A stretch of 64,000 bases of DNA from Dendrobates tinctorius (taxonomy: Eukaryota): contig NW_027361690.1 in NCBI RefSeq assembly GCF_039654945.1, positions 97,712,001 through 97,776,000 of the forward strand, read 5' to 3'. The first letter of the stretch is position 1; every line of letters begins with the position of its first letter. Shown here piece after piece: positions 1 to 11,344 of this stretch. The notes under the pieces were generated by a model. That model did not search any database, had not been told where the DNA came from, and worked only from the letters and a program-made list of their open reading frames with translations. The position numbers were made by a program, and so were the translations under genes.

Positions 1-1089
1 CGTAGGACACTCGGTAAATGGACTATGTCGGACAGGGAGTATTTGTGTTGGTTTATTATTTTATTTTTGTTGCAGGAGACGAGGGAGTCAGCGATTAGAC
101 GATACTGTAAGTATGGTTTAATTAAGATTCAATAAAGGAGTCTGTGTGATTATTTCAATTAAAGGACTTTATTCTGGCTGTGTCTTTATTTACCATATAA
201 CTATAGGATTAGTAATGGATAGGTCTTTTTGACGCTTCTCCATTACTAATCCGTGGGCTTGATGTCACCGGACAATACAAAGGTGCCCTCAAACCCACAA
301 ATGTTACCCCACTTGCCACCATTACAAGGCAAGTGGGAAGAGCCAGGCTAAGTGCCAGAACTGGCGCATCTATAAGATGTGTCATTTCTGAGGCAGCTGA
401 GAGCTGATGTTTTTGGTCTGGGGGGGTGCCAATATACATGGCCCCTTCCCAGGCTATTAATATCAGCCTGCAGCTGTCTGCCTAGCCTTTGCTGGTTCGA
501 TTTTATAGGGGGACCCCATGTGAATTTTTTTTCTGGGGTTCCCCTGTAAACTAACCAGTAAAGGATAAGCAAACATCTGTGAGCTGATAATAGCCTGGGT
601 ACCTTTATTGACTCCTTCCAAGAATCTTAACATCAGCCCTCAGCTGTCAGCTTTCCCTCTGCTGGTTGTGAAAATTACGTAGGAGCCCATGCAATTTTTT
701 TTTTTTTTTACATTTTTTTGAAAAATAAACAGATATTGTATTTCACGTAAATTTTTTGTGTGTGTGTCTTTTATTTAACTATATGTACCATTTTATCAAT
801 GATGGTATCTGGCTGACACACATGTATGTATATATATATATTTATATATTTATATATTTGAACATGGTATGTAATGATATTATGGTATTCAATGGAGACT
901 AAAAGAAGAGGTTGGACAAGGAAATGATATCACAATTCTTTTTTTTTGTTAAATAATATATCTTTATTTATCTTGCAAATCCGCAAAGGAAACCGCATGA
1001 AAATCAGCATCAAAATCGTGCAGATTTTCAACTGCATTTTCTGCTTAGAAAGGAAGAATCCGCACAGAATTTTACAGAGGCAAATACGC

Positions 1090-1630
1090 AACATGCGTAC
1101 ATACCTTAATAATGTGTGAATGTTTTTAGGTATCTTTGCTTGAACTCCTGTGGGTTGTGTCTCCGGAGGTCTTAACTGGTGAAACAACATTTGTGGCGTT
1201 TGTGGAAGATGGATTCCCCAGCACGATCGAATCTGCTCCCCTACCCGTTTCCAGTACTCTTTAACTGCCCTGCATTCCCACACCCCATGCCAGAGATTCG
1301 TTGAAGGCATTCCGCACTTAGGGCACACTGTTATCCTGTCAGGGAATCTAGGAGAGGATGGAATATTGAAACCATATAATGCTGTATGCATGAACTTGAA
1401 ATAGGTTTCCCTCCATCTTTCACATAGAATGGACTTTTTTTTACATGTTCCCACCCCTGCAGAATTGTCTCTGCAATATCATTATCCCCAATCTATTTTT
1501 CCCCAAGTCTTAAACAGCTTTTAGTGCTTTAGTATCAGGAATTTATGTCTTACAGTATTATATATAGAGGATATGCTTGCATTCTGAATGTTCAAACCCA
1601 CTATTATCTAGAATATGTAGTCCCACTTAA
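1090..1630 (-). mobile_element. L1/Tx1-like LINE ORF2 3' fragment
   Basis: ORF 930..1454 contains the ORF2 C-terminal Cys/His knuckle CPKC...HGVWEC..VKEYW. Confidence 0.7.
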
Positions 1631-1809
1631 TTAAACAGCCTATGAAGTCTAGATTTGCAAAAAGAATGGACCTGCATGACCTGTAGAAAGTATCTGCTTT
1701 CTATATGGAATTTGTCCATGATTTCTTGTGGGCTCAGCCAGTGGCGTAACTACAAAGTTATGGGCCCCGGTGCGAACTTTCAAATGGGGCCCCCCATGCC
1801 AAAAAACAC

Positions 1810-1955
1810 ACACTTCTCCGCTCCATACACCTCATACACTCACATCTCCACTCCGTACACCTCATACACATGCGGCTCCAATCCGCTCACCTCGTACACA
1901 CACGACTGCGCTCCATACACACATGGCTCCACTCTGTACACCTTGTACACACACA
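1810..1955 (+). repeat. ~30-bp minisatellite inside a CAGTGGCGTAACTA-terminated MITE (about 1739-2252)
   Basis: Repeated CTCC(A/G)TACACCTCATACAC units. Confidence 0.7.
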
Positions 1956-2339
1956 GCTCTGCTACTTCCACCCTGTAAACCCTCCTGACCCCACACAAAC
2001 TTACCCTCATCCAGCACGATGAAAACCAGCACAGCAGGGAGGCTCCTGATCATGTGACCCCTGACTCCTCCCCTCCTGTGACCTCATCACAGGTCCTGTG
2101 TGCACAGAGCAGCCATCGTGTCAGGCCAATTGCAGCCTGGCAGCCAATCAAAGCTCAGAGCTGCACAGCAAATGAGCGGCTTCAGCTCTGCGTTCGGGCC
2201 CCTAAACACTCCGGGCCCAGTCGCAGCTGCGACGGCGGTAGTCAGGCCCCTGCTATAGAGCTATATAGAGACCTGTGCACTTCACTGTGCACTATAGAGC
2301 CATATAGAGAGAGACCTGTAAGCTATACTTTAAGTTACA

Positions 2340-4845
2340 TCCTCACTCTTCTGGAACTGAGGAGCAACGGGTGACTATTGTAATTTCGCTCCTTCAGGGT
2401 GAACCTGAAGCCTGGGCATATTCTCTTCTGAAGGACTATCAGTTACTTTGGACGGTTGAGATTTTTTTTCAGACGTTGGATCACACATATGATGACCCCA
2501 ATCGCGTCTCCCTGGCTGAGTCTATGCTATGTCAGCTTTGGCTGGAAGAATGGTCAGCAGACGAGTATTGCTGCGAGTTTCAGAGGTGGTCCACTAATAC
2601 TAACTGGAATGACCTCGCAATCTTGCCAGTTCTATCAAGGGTTATCTGTAAGGTTAAAGTATGCCTTTGCTCTTCATAGGACTCCGATCTCCCTTGAGGC
2701 AGCCATGTCTCTGGCCATCTGTGTAGACTGCAGTCTTCAGAGACACTTCAATTTGCAGAGGGCCCGGAGTCAAGGGAACCTGGGTTTAAGTCAAGCGAGG
2801 AACCCATGCAGTTGGACGAGGCATCATGTTGATCCATCGGTAGTTTGGCGTAAAGAGGAATGCATTTCTTCTGTAGTGGAAAGGGTCATTTTGTGGGTGC
2901 TTGTCCTTTCATATCCCACTGTAAACAACCTCTGGAAAACTAAGGAACCCAGGTTGCAAGGAGTTTGGCAACCCGAGTGTACCACTTCCTTTGTTGGTAT
3001 ATCTTAATTTTTCCTACTGGCCGAGATCCATCTTGGCAAAGATTACGTGGTCATTTCTGCCTCTCGACAGTGGGGAGAGATTTAATTTGATCGGCGCTAG
3101 GTTCTTCCATGCTCAAACCACAAATATTGACTGGATCAGTACCCATTATTGCTATTGACTTTCTTACTCAGGTTGTTCTTATGTTGCATTTACAGGTAGG
3201 GGTCATGCACTCTGAATTTAAAGACTTATGTGCTAGAGGGCTAGCCTTCTCTTGTGGTTCTTGAACTTCCTTGGCTTATGCTCCACAACCCTGTGGTAGA
3301 CTGGCAGACTCGGGAGGTGGTGAAATCGAGCGAGTATTGCCAAAAACACTGGGCACCTGGCTAGCCTGGGTGGGTACCCAATCTCTGCCCGATTACCTGT
3401 TTGACTTTGGGGATGTGTTTTCGGAACAGGGGTGTCAAGAACTCCCTCCACATTGTCCTTATGACTGCGTCGTTAATCTGACTCCAGGGGCCAAGCTTAC
3501 AGAGAGCAGATTATACAATATGTCTGGTCTAGAGAGGCAGAAAATAAAAGACTATATTGCTGAAAGTCTGGAAAGAATTATTTCAGACCTTCTTTAACTC
3601 CCAAAACCTACAAGAAGCAAAATAACCATAAACCCTGCTGTAACTAAATAAGTAAAAAGCAAGAGTGCATATACACACCACAGGGTTCCCAGTAATACTG
3701 TTTTTGATGAAAACTAGCATAAAAGCCATCCCATCGTCAACAATGTGACCTGATTGTGATGGTCTAATATTAAAAACCTTACCATGTGTCACAGTTGACC
3801 TCAGTTTGTGAACAAGGGCAAACAAAAGGACTCATCTATCGGGATCTCTCCAACCATTGGCAATTCCCAGTAGACCTTGGATTATTTGTCAGTAGATTTC
3901 ATTACTGATTTACCCGTATCTGCAGATAGTACACTTATTTTGGTGGTAATGGACAGGTTCAGCAAGATGTCTCATTGTGCTATCCCCCTTACCCAACGCC
4001 AAGACTTGGAGCAAATTTTCATCAAAGAAATTGAGAAATTACATGGAATTCCTACAGATATTGTTTCTGACTGGGGATTGCAATTTATTTTCAAATTTTG
4101 GGGATCCATCTGTCATTTTTTAAGCTTTTGTCCCACAGTCTAATGGCCAAACTTAAAATGTTACTCAGAATCTTGAGACTTATCTTAGGTATTTGGGTCT
4201 GATAATCAGGAGGATTTGGTAATTTACTTACCTCTAGCTGAATTCGCGGTGAACATGAGTCTACCGGTTCTCATTAGTCTACTGGTAAGTCCTCGTTCTT
4301 CAAGGCCTGCCGGTTTCATCCTGAGTTCAGCTCTACTAATAGGAATCATTCCTCAGAGAGATGGGGTTCAACTATAAGAGTGTGATTGATCGAAGACATT
4401 TGGTGTGGTTGTCCTCGAGGGACTTTAAGTTAAAGGTCCCTTCCTGGAAACTGTGTCCCAGGTTCATCAGTCCTTATAATATTGTGTCTGTTGTCAATCC
4501 TGCAGTATTCCGTCTTGCCACCTACTTTTAGGATTATAATGTGTTTCACTGGTCTCTGCTCCAAAAATACTTTGCGTCCTTTGAACCATTGCAACCACCT
4601 CCATGTCCGGTCATTGTTGATGAGAATTTGACGTTTCAGACAGCCAAGATATGGATTCTCGCATGGTTAGTCGGTCTCTTCAGCATCTGGTACACTAGAA
4701 GGGTTCAGCATCTGGTACACTAGAAGGGTTGAGGTCCTGAAGAGATAATGTGGAATCTAGCATCTGTTGTCCATGTAGTCAGGCTATTCTGATCCTTTCA
4801 TGCGGCACACCCTGATAGACCTGGCCCTGAGGTCCCTCTTGGAAG
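2340..4845 (+). mobile_element. Degraded Ty3/Gypsy (chromovirus-like) LTR retrotransposon internal region
   Basis: Gag-like VISLLQGEPEAWA...YDDPNR...EY..EF; RT-upstream DFGDVFSE...LPPHCPYDC..NL.PG; integrase LSVDFITDLP...VVMDRFSKM...LHGIPTDIVSD.G.QF; chromodomain-like remnant near 4600-4800; many stops and frameshifts. Confidence 0.88.
3681..3762 (-). ncRNA. Degenerate HDV-like ribozyme (copy C)
   Basis: P1 CCAUC/GAUGG, L3 remnant UUGACG, P4 AUGCUAGUUUU..AAAACAGUAU, J4/2 CUGG, P2 CAGG/CCUG; lies in a non-Gypsy insert (about 3595-3830) inside the Gypsy element. Confidence 0.4.
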
Positions 4846-5674
4846 ACAGCAAGAGAACAACAAGGTTTACCCGTACAGGCCTCCAATCAGGATGCAGTGG
4901 ACCCATATAATAAAGATGGCAACACAGGTGCAAAAATACCAATCAAGCAACTGCTCGCAGCCTACCAATACATGGAGGGGGCAGTTGCCTGGTATGTTGA
5001 TGCACAAAACAACTTGTATGCGGCGCTGTTCACACTAAGGCCATGCACAGCATCCAGGCCAGCCTAGTACCAACACCCTTCTATTAGCTCAGGCGGGCTG
5101 CCCAGCGCTAACAAAATGCATGCCGTGTGAACAGACACCGCAGTCTACAAGACCAAATGGGCCCAGCTGCACCCTGAATAAAACGTGCAAAAAACACATT
5201 TAAAAAAAATGTGGAGTATTAGCTGATATTTTGGCCAAAATACGTGAGCCCGTAACCTACGTCAAAGATCTCCACGTTTACGGGTACCTAACACTAAATA
5301 CTAATACAGTACAGTACAATAAGAGGACTTGAAAATCCTCCAATAATGGAAAACAGCAAGAGAACAACAAGGTTTACCCGTACAGGCCTCCAAACAAATG
5401 CACTATCAGGATGCAGTGGACCCATGAACAGCGCCGCATACAAGTTGTTTTGTGCATCAACATACCAGGCGACCGCCCCCTCCATGTATTGGTAGGCTGC
5501 GAGCAGTTGCTTGATTGGTATTTTTGCACCTGTGTTGCCATCTTTATTATATGGGTCCACTGCATCCTGATAGTGCATTTATTTGGAGGCCTGTACGGGT
5601 AAACCTTGTTGTTCTCTTGCTGTTTTCCATTATTGGAGGATTTTCAAGTCCTCTTTTTGTACTGTGCTGTATTA
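4846..5674 (-). mobile_element. Non-coding retro-insertion (permuted ~510-bp unit plus inverted segment) with 14-bp TSD
   Basis: GTCCCTCTTGGAAG at 4832-4845 and 5675-5688; 4846ff repeated directly at about 5353ff; 5425-5674 is an inverted copy. Confidence 0.8.
5211..5284 (-). ncRNA. Putative HDV-like ribozyme (copy A)
   Basis: Manual fold: P1 CCCGUAA/UUACGGG, P2 GUGGAG/CUCCAC, P3 UCU/AGG, L3 UUGACGU, P4 GUAUUUUGGCCAAAAUAU, J4/2 CUAA. Confidence 0.7.
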
Positions 5675-7074
5675 GTCCCTCTTGGAAGGAAGAGTCAACG
5701 CTCGCACTATAAGAAAAAGACTCTAGATTTGCATGAGCTGGTGATAAGGCCGGCTTGTGCAAATTATTTTATCACGCCCACAGGGACATGACATGGAAAG
5801 AGGGATGAAAAGTCTGACCCCATCAACTAGTCAAAGCCCTCATTAGCATAGGAAACAGGGACAACAATATAATTGCTTTTTTAAAGCATTTATTTAACTG
5901 AATTATGTTAGTTAGGGAGGTCATTCATACACAGGTGAATGCTGCTGGGATAGAGGGCATGGGGGACCCGACAGGTTCCCTGTAATTACTTTTATATTTT
6001 GATACGTTGGACTTTTCCGAATGCCACATATATTTTTTATCTTTGTTTACAATTGGGGAAAAGGGGGTGATTTGAACTTTTAAATTTTTTTTCATATTTT
6101 TATAAAGTTTTTTTTTTTACTTTTCACTAACTTTAGGGGACCTTGACCTGCGATCGTCTAATCACTTATGCTATATACAGAAATACCACAGCATTGGCCT
6201 GACGCAGCTCCTCTGAAGAAAATTTGTAAAACTCTGAGAATTTAACAACATTAAAACAAGTGATATTTTAGTGTGTATTTATATCACAAGATAATAATAC
6301 AAAAGTATATGAAGTTGACATTACTGTTGTGATACTGACCTACAGAATAAATCCAATACTTTTGTGCAGCACAGTGAATAGAGTAAACCTTTTGGTTAAG
6401 TTTTATGTACCTGAAAATGATTCCACTGACAAATACAGCTGATCCTGAAAAAATAAAAAAAGGCATCAAATGACTACGTAGACAAAAGTATAATAAAAAG
6501 TTATGTTCCCCGGAACATGACAATAATAAAGTGGGGAAAAAATAGTTTACCATAAAGGCCAAAATTGGCTGTGACACAAGTGGTTAATCCTGTCTTCTAG
6601 ATCAGTAAAAAATAAGTTGAATAATAGCAGACCCAAAACTGAACCGCATTCTGAGCGGCATGAATGTGAAAGACAGAAAAAAGCTAAATAGTAATATAAA
6701 AACCAATTCAAGAATATTCAGCAGCGTGGAAATGAATAATCTAGATAATGTTAATGGGAATCTGTCAGGTTTTTGGTATGTAATCTGAAGATAGCATGCT
6801 GTAGGGGTTAAAATACAGATTTCAGCAATGCTTCTCTTATCTTGTGGTTTTGGTTGCTTGCAATTATTGTTTTAGTACAAGGAAGTTATCATTGCAACAC
6901 TTACCTCCTGATCAGACTCCACCCCCTCCTGTGATGAGCAGCTCAGAGTCTATAGACATTGTATATACAGAGCCTGGTGTGGGCGGGGGCAGCTTTCTCA
7001 GCTCTGCTTCGTTGCAAAAACATGCCAATCAAATTAACGCATATTGTACCATGCAAATCAAAATAATGGCTTTT

Positions 7075-7530
7075 CACTGAGGAAGATAAAACTTTTGGAA
7101 TGGCCCAGCCAGAGTCTAGACCTGAATTCTACTGAAAATTTGACATGGGTGACCTGAAGAGATCACTGTACACAGGAGATGCCATTGTAATCTGACAGAT
7201 TTGGACAACAACTTTAAAGAAGACTAGGCAAAGATTGGCAATTCTAGATATGTCATGCTGATAAACTCGAGTCCTAACCAAAAAGACTGACTGCTATTAT
7301 AACTTCAATGTGTACTTCAACAAAGTATTAGTTTAAGGCTGTGCTTATTTATGCAACCACAATATTTTAGATCTTTATTATTCTTTTTCTACTTAAAAAT
7401 ATTTCTGTGTGTTTCTCAATGGATTAGTATAGATTATAGGTGATATTAAAAGCGGAAATGTTATGAAATTAATCTTCTTGGTATGATTTTTGAAATAATA
7501 GGGGTGTGTAAACTTTTTATATGCACTGTA
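7075..7530 (+). mobile_element. Old Tc1 3' fragment
   Basis: Decayed LEWPSQSLDLN...ENL coding remnant followed by a TIR-like end GTGTAAACTTTTTATATGCACTGTA. Confidence 0.65.
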
Positions 7531-7914
7531 CGTGGTAAAAGGGAAAAAAACTGTACCAGACTCCGAATAATTGATACATAACCACAATTTGACAAATATA
7601 CATTCTTGTATAGATACAGGAATAAATGCATCTCAAAATATATTTTGCAATTTCTCCTGAGTACACCAATACCCCATACGTGTACGAAAACTACTTTTGA
7701 GGCACAATGCAAAGCTCAGATGGGAAGAAGCGCCATATTGGAGTTGAGATTTTGCTGGACTGGTTTGAGGGTGCCATGTCACATTGATTAAGCCCCTGAA
7801 GTGCCAGAATAGCAGAACTCTCCATAAGTGACAATATTTTACAAACTATGCCTCTCAACGAATTCATCTTCGGGTCCACTAATCATATTGACACCACAGG
7901 TGTGTTACAAAATA

Positions 7915-8990
7915 CCGTATATACTCGAATATAAGCCAAGATTTTCAGCCCATTTTTTGGGCTGAAAGTCCCCCTCTCGGCTTATACTCGAGTCATACAC
8001 CAGGGGGACGGAGGGGGGGGCGAGTTTGTCAGGTTATACTTACCGGTCCTGGCATGGTCTCTGCAGCCCCCCAGCTTCACTGCGATCTCCCTTCCTTCAG
8101 TGGTCACATGGTACCGCTCATTACACTCATGAATATGCGCATATTCATGAGGTGTAATGAGCGGTACCACGTGACCGCTGAAAGCAGAGAGATCGCAGAG
8201 AAGCTGGGGGCTGCAGAGACTGTGCCAGGACCGGTAAGTATAGCAATACTCACCTGTCCGGGTCCATCGCTGCTTGCTGCTGTCTGGCAGTCATCTGTCA
8301 GTGACGTTCAGACAGCAGAGGGCGCGGTGATGTGTTAGTGTGCGCCGCGCCCCCTGCAGTCTGAACGTCACTGACAGATGACGTGCCAGACAGCAGCAAG
8401 CAGCAGCACCTGGCCCCAGTGACGGAGAGGTGAGTATGTAATTTTTTTTATTTTTAAATGTGGCAGCACATGGGGGCATAATGTATGAAGAATCTTATGG
8501 GGGCAGCACATGGGGGCATAATCTATGGAGCATCTTATGGGGACAGCATATAGGGGTATAATCTATGGAGCATCTTATGGGGGCAGCATATCGGGGCATA
8601 ATCTATGGAGCATCTTATGGGCCAGCATATGGGCGAATAATCTATGGAGCATCTTATGGGGGCTGCATATGGGGGCATAATCTATGGAGCATCTTATGAG
8701 GGGAGCATATGGGACCTATTCTATGGGGCATCTTATGGGGCCATAACCTTTATGGAGCAGCATATGGGGCATATTATTCTAGGGAGCATCTTATGGGGCC
8801 ATTATTAACCTTTGTGCAGCATTTTATGGGGTGTATTTTGTATGGAGCATCTTATGGGGCCATCATGAACTGTATGGAGCATTATATGGGGCACCTGATT
8901 CAATATAGATATTCAAAAACATTTAACCTACTGATGTCTCAATTAATTTTACTTTTTTGGGGGGTTCGGCTTATAGTCGAGTATATACGG
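7915..8990. mobile_element. pogo/Tc2-like non-autonomous element with internal minisatellite
   Basis: TA|CCGTATATACTCGA.TATAAGCC ... GGCTTATAGTCGAGTATATACGG|TA; ~39-bp repeat (GGGGCAGCATATGGGGGCATAATCTATGGAGCATCTTAT) at about 8465-8890. Confidence 0.85.
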
Positions 8991-10774
8991 TATTATATCA
9001 TTGGGCAGTGAAGGAAAAATAATTACATTTTTACCACCAAAATTTTGTTTTAGCCTCAGATTTTACACAGGGAAAAACGGCATCAAAATTTGCCCCACAA
9101 TTATTAATGAATGTAGAAATACCCCATATGTGGCTGTGCAGTATTGCTTAGCCATACAGCGAGACTCGGGAGGCACAGATTTTGCTAGAATAGTTTGTAG
9201 ACTCTATATATACAGTAGAGCCCCTAAGTGCTAGAAGAGCAGCAAAATCCCCCCTCAAGCGACCCCATTTGATAAATTATACCCCTTTGGGGATTTATCT
9301 ACAGGTGTAGTGATGATTTTGACTCCAAGGGTGTTTTTAAGAAACAAGCAGCAATCGATGCTGCTGAGTGAAAATTACAAACTGCCATTGTGGTGCCCAT
9401 ATGTGGTAGTGCCCAAATCATGCTTCTGGAGACATGCACCTGCAAGCTAGGTAGGCTGTCATGGCTACAGAGATGCCAAACATGTGGACATTAACCCCTT
9501 CCTGACCTCTGACACCACATAGGCGTCATGAAAGTCGGTGCCAATCCGACCTGTGACGCCTATGTAGCGTCATAGCGAGATCGCGTTCCTGCGGGTCGGG
9601 TGACAGGGGCCACTGAAAGGTCACCCGACCTGCAGGTACATGGGGACTTGTACTTGACCCCGTGGGGGTGGCTTTGCCCCCCCCGTGGTTACGATCGCTC
9701 TGATTGGCTGTTGAAAGTGAAACAGACAATCAGAGCAATTGTAATATTTCACCAATGAAACTTGGTGAAATATTACAATCCAGCCATGGCCGATGATGCA
9801 ATACCATCGGCCATGGCTGGAGACCGTGATCTGCCACCACCGACTGATGGCGGCAAACTGCCCTCGCCACCGAGTGACGACGGCGATATGCCGCCATCTG
9901 TATTTGCTCCCCTCCGCTGTCCGATTCCACCCCTCCCCCGGTACCTCCCGAGTCCCGATGTCCCTCCAGCTTCGGGTCTTCCCCCATGGGCGACGCCATC
10001 TTCTAAAATCGCATGCGCAGTGCGCCCGCCAAGATCTGCCGGCCGGCCCCCGGCAGATTCATTCACTCCAGGTACATTTTGATTACTGTGATAGGGTCTA
10101 TCACAGTGATCAAAATAAAAAAAAAAGTAAATAAACCCCCCCTTTATCACCCCCATAGGTAGGAAAAAATAATGAAATAAAGAAAATATATTTATTTTTC
10201 CATTAGGGTTAGAATTAGAGTTAGGGATGGAATTAGGGTTAGGCGTGTGTTGGGTTAGGGTTATAGATAGAATTGAGGGGTTTCAACTGTTTAGGCGCAT
10301 AAGGGGCTCTCCAAACGCAACATGGCGCCACCATTGATTCCAGCCAATTTTGTCAAATGGTGCTCCCTCCCTTCTGAGCCCTGACGTGTGCCCAAACATT
10401 GGTTTACCCCAACATATGGGGCATCAGAGTACTCAGGAAAAATTGCACAACAACTTTGGGGGTCTAATTTCACCTGTTACCCTTGGGAAACTAAAAAATT
10501 GGGTGCTAAAAAATTAACTTTGTGGAAAAAAAACCATTTTTTATTTTCACAAGGGTAACAGGAGAAATTGGACCCCAACAGTTGTTGTCCAGTTTGTCCT
10601 GAGTACGCGGATACCCCATATGTTGGGGTAAACCACTGTTTGGGCGCATGGCAGAACTCGGAAGGGAGAGAGCACTGTGACTTTTTGAATGCAAAATTGG
10701 CTGAAATCAATGGTGGCGCCATGTCATGTTTGGAGACCCCCTGATGTGCCTAAATAGTGGAAACCCCTCAATTC

Positions 10775-10935
10775 TAACTCAACCTTAACCCCAGCACACC
10801 CCTAACTAACCCCAATCCAACCCTAACTATAACCCTAACCACAAGACTAACCCTAATCGCAACCCTAACCCCAACACACCTCTAACCCTAATCTTAACCC
10901 CAATTCCAACCCTAACCCCAATTCCAACCCTAACA
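10775..10935 (+). repeat. Degenerate (CCCTAA)n array, with mirror TTAGGG array at 10203-10262 and another array at 13800-13865
   Basis: Multiple AACCCT/CCCTAA hexamers interspersed with variants. Confidence 0.8.
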
Positions 10936-11344
10936 GAAAAATAAAAATATTTTCTTTATTTTATTATTTGTCCCTACCTATGGGGCTGATAAGGGAGGGG
11001 GGGGGGGGGGGTGATTTACTTTTTTTTTAATTTTGATCACTGTGAAAGATCCTATCACAGTGATCAAAATGAATGAATGGAATCTGCCGCTGGAAGATTC
11101 GACGGGCGCACTGTGCATGCACCCGCCATTTTGGAAGATGGCGAAGCCCATGCAGGAAGAAGGAGGGACACCGGGAGCGACACAGGGACATAGAAGGTAC
11201 TGGAGGGGGTGAGGATCGGAAGGCAGTGGGGAGCAGAGGGAAGGAGAGCAGATGGTGACGGCGGCAGATCACTGCCGTCAGATGGTGGCGGGGGCAGATC
11301 GCCCCTGTTGGCCGGTGGGGGGGGTCTGATCACTATCTCCAGCC

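Noticed and set aside
5211-5297. Pistol or twister ribozyme reading of the conserved motif (CCACG, UUAG/CUAA, UAAUACUCC)
   Set aside because: The required helices and element order are absent; the minus-strand HDV-type parse explains all pairings.
10203-10935. Ancestral telomere fusion site (TTAGGG array facing CCCTAA array)
   Set aside because: The arrays are short, degenerate, about 500 bp apart and embedded in a repeated transposon-like unit that recurs at 13.8 kb.
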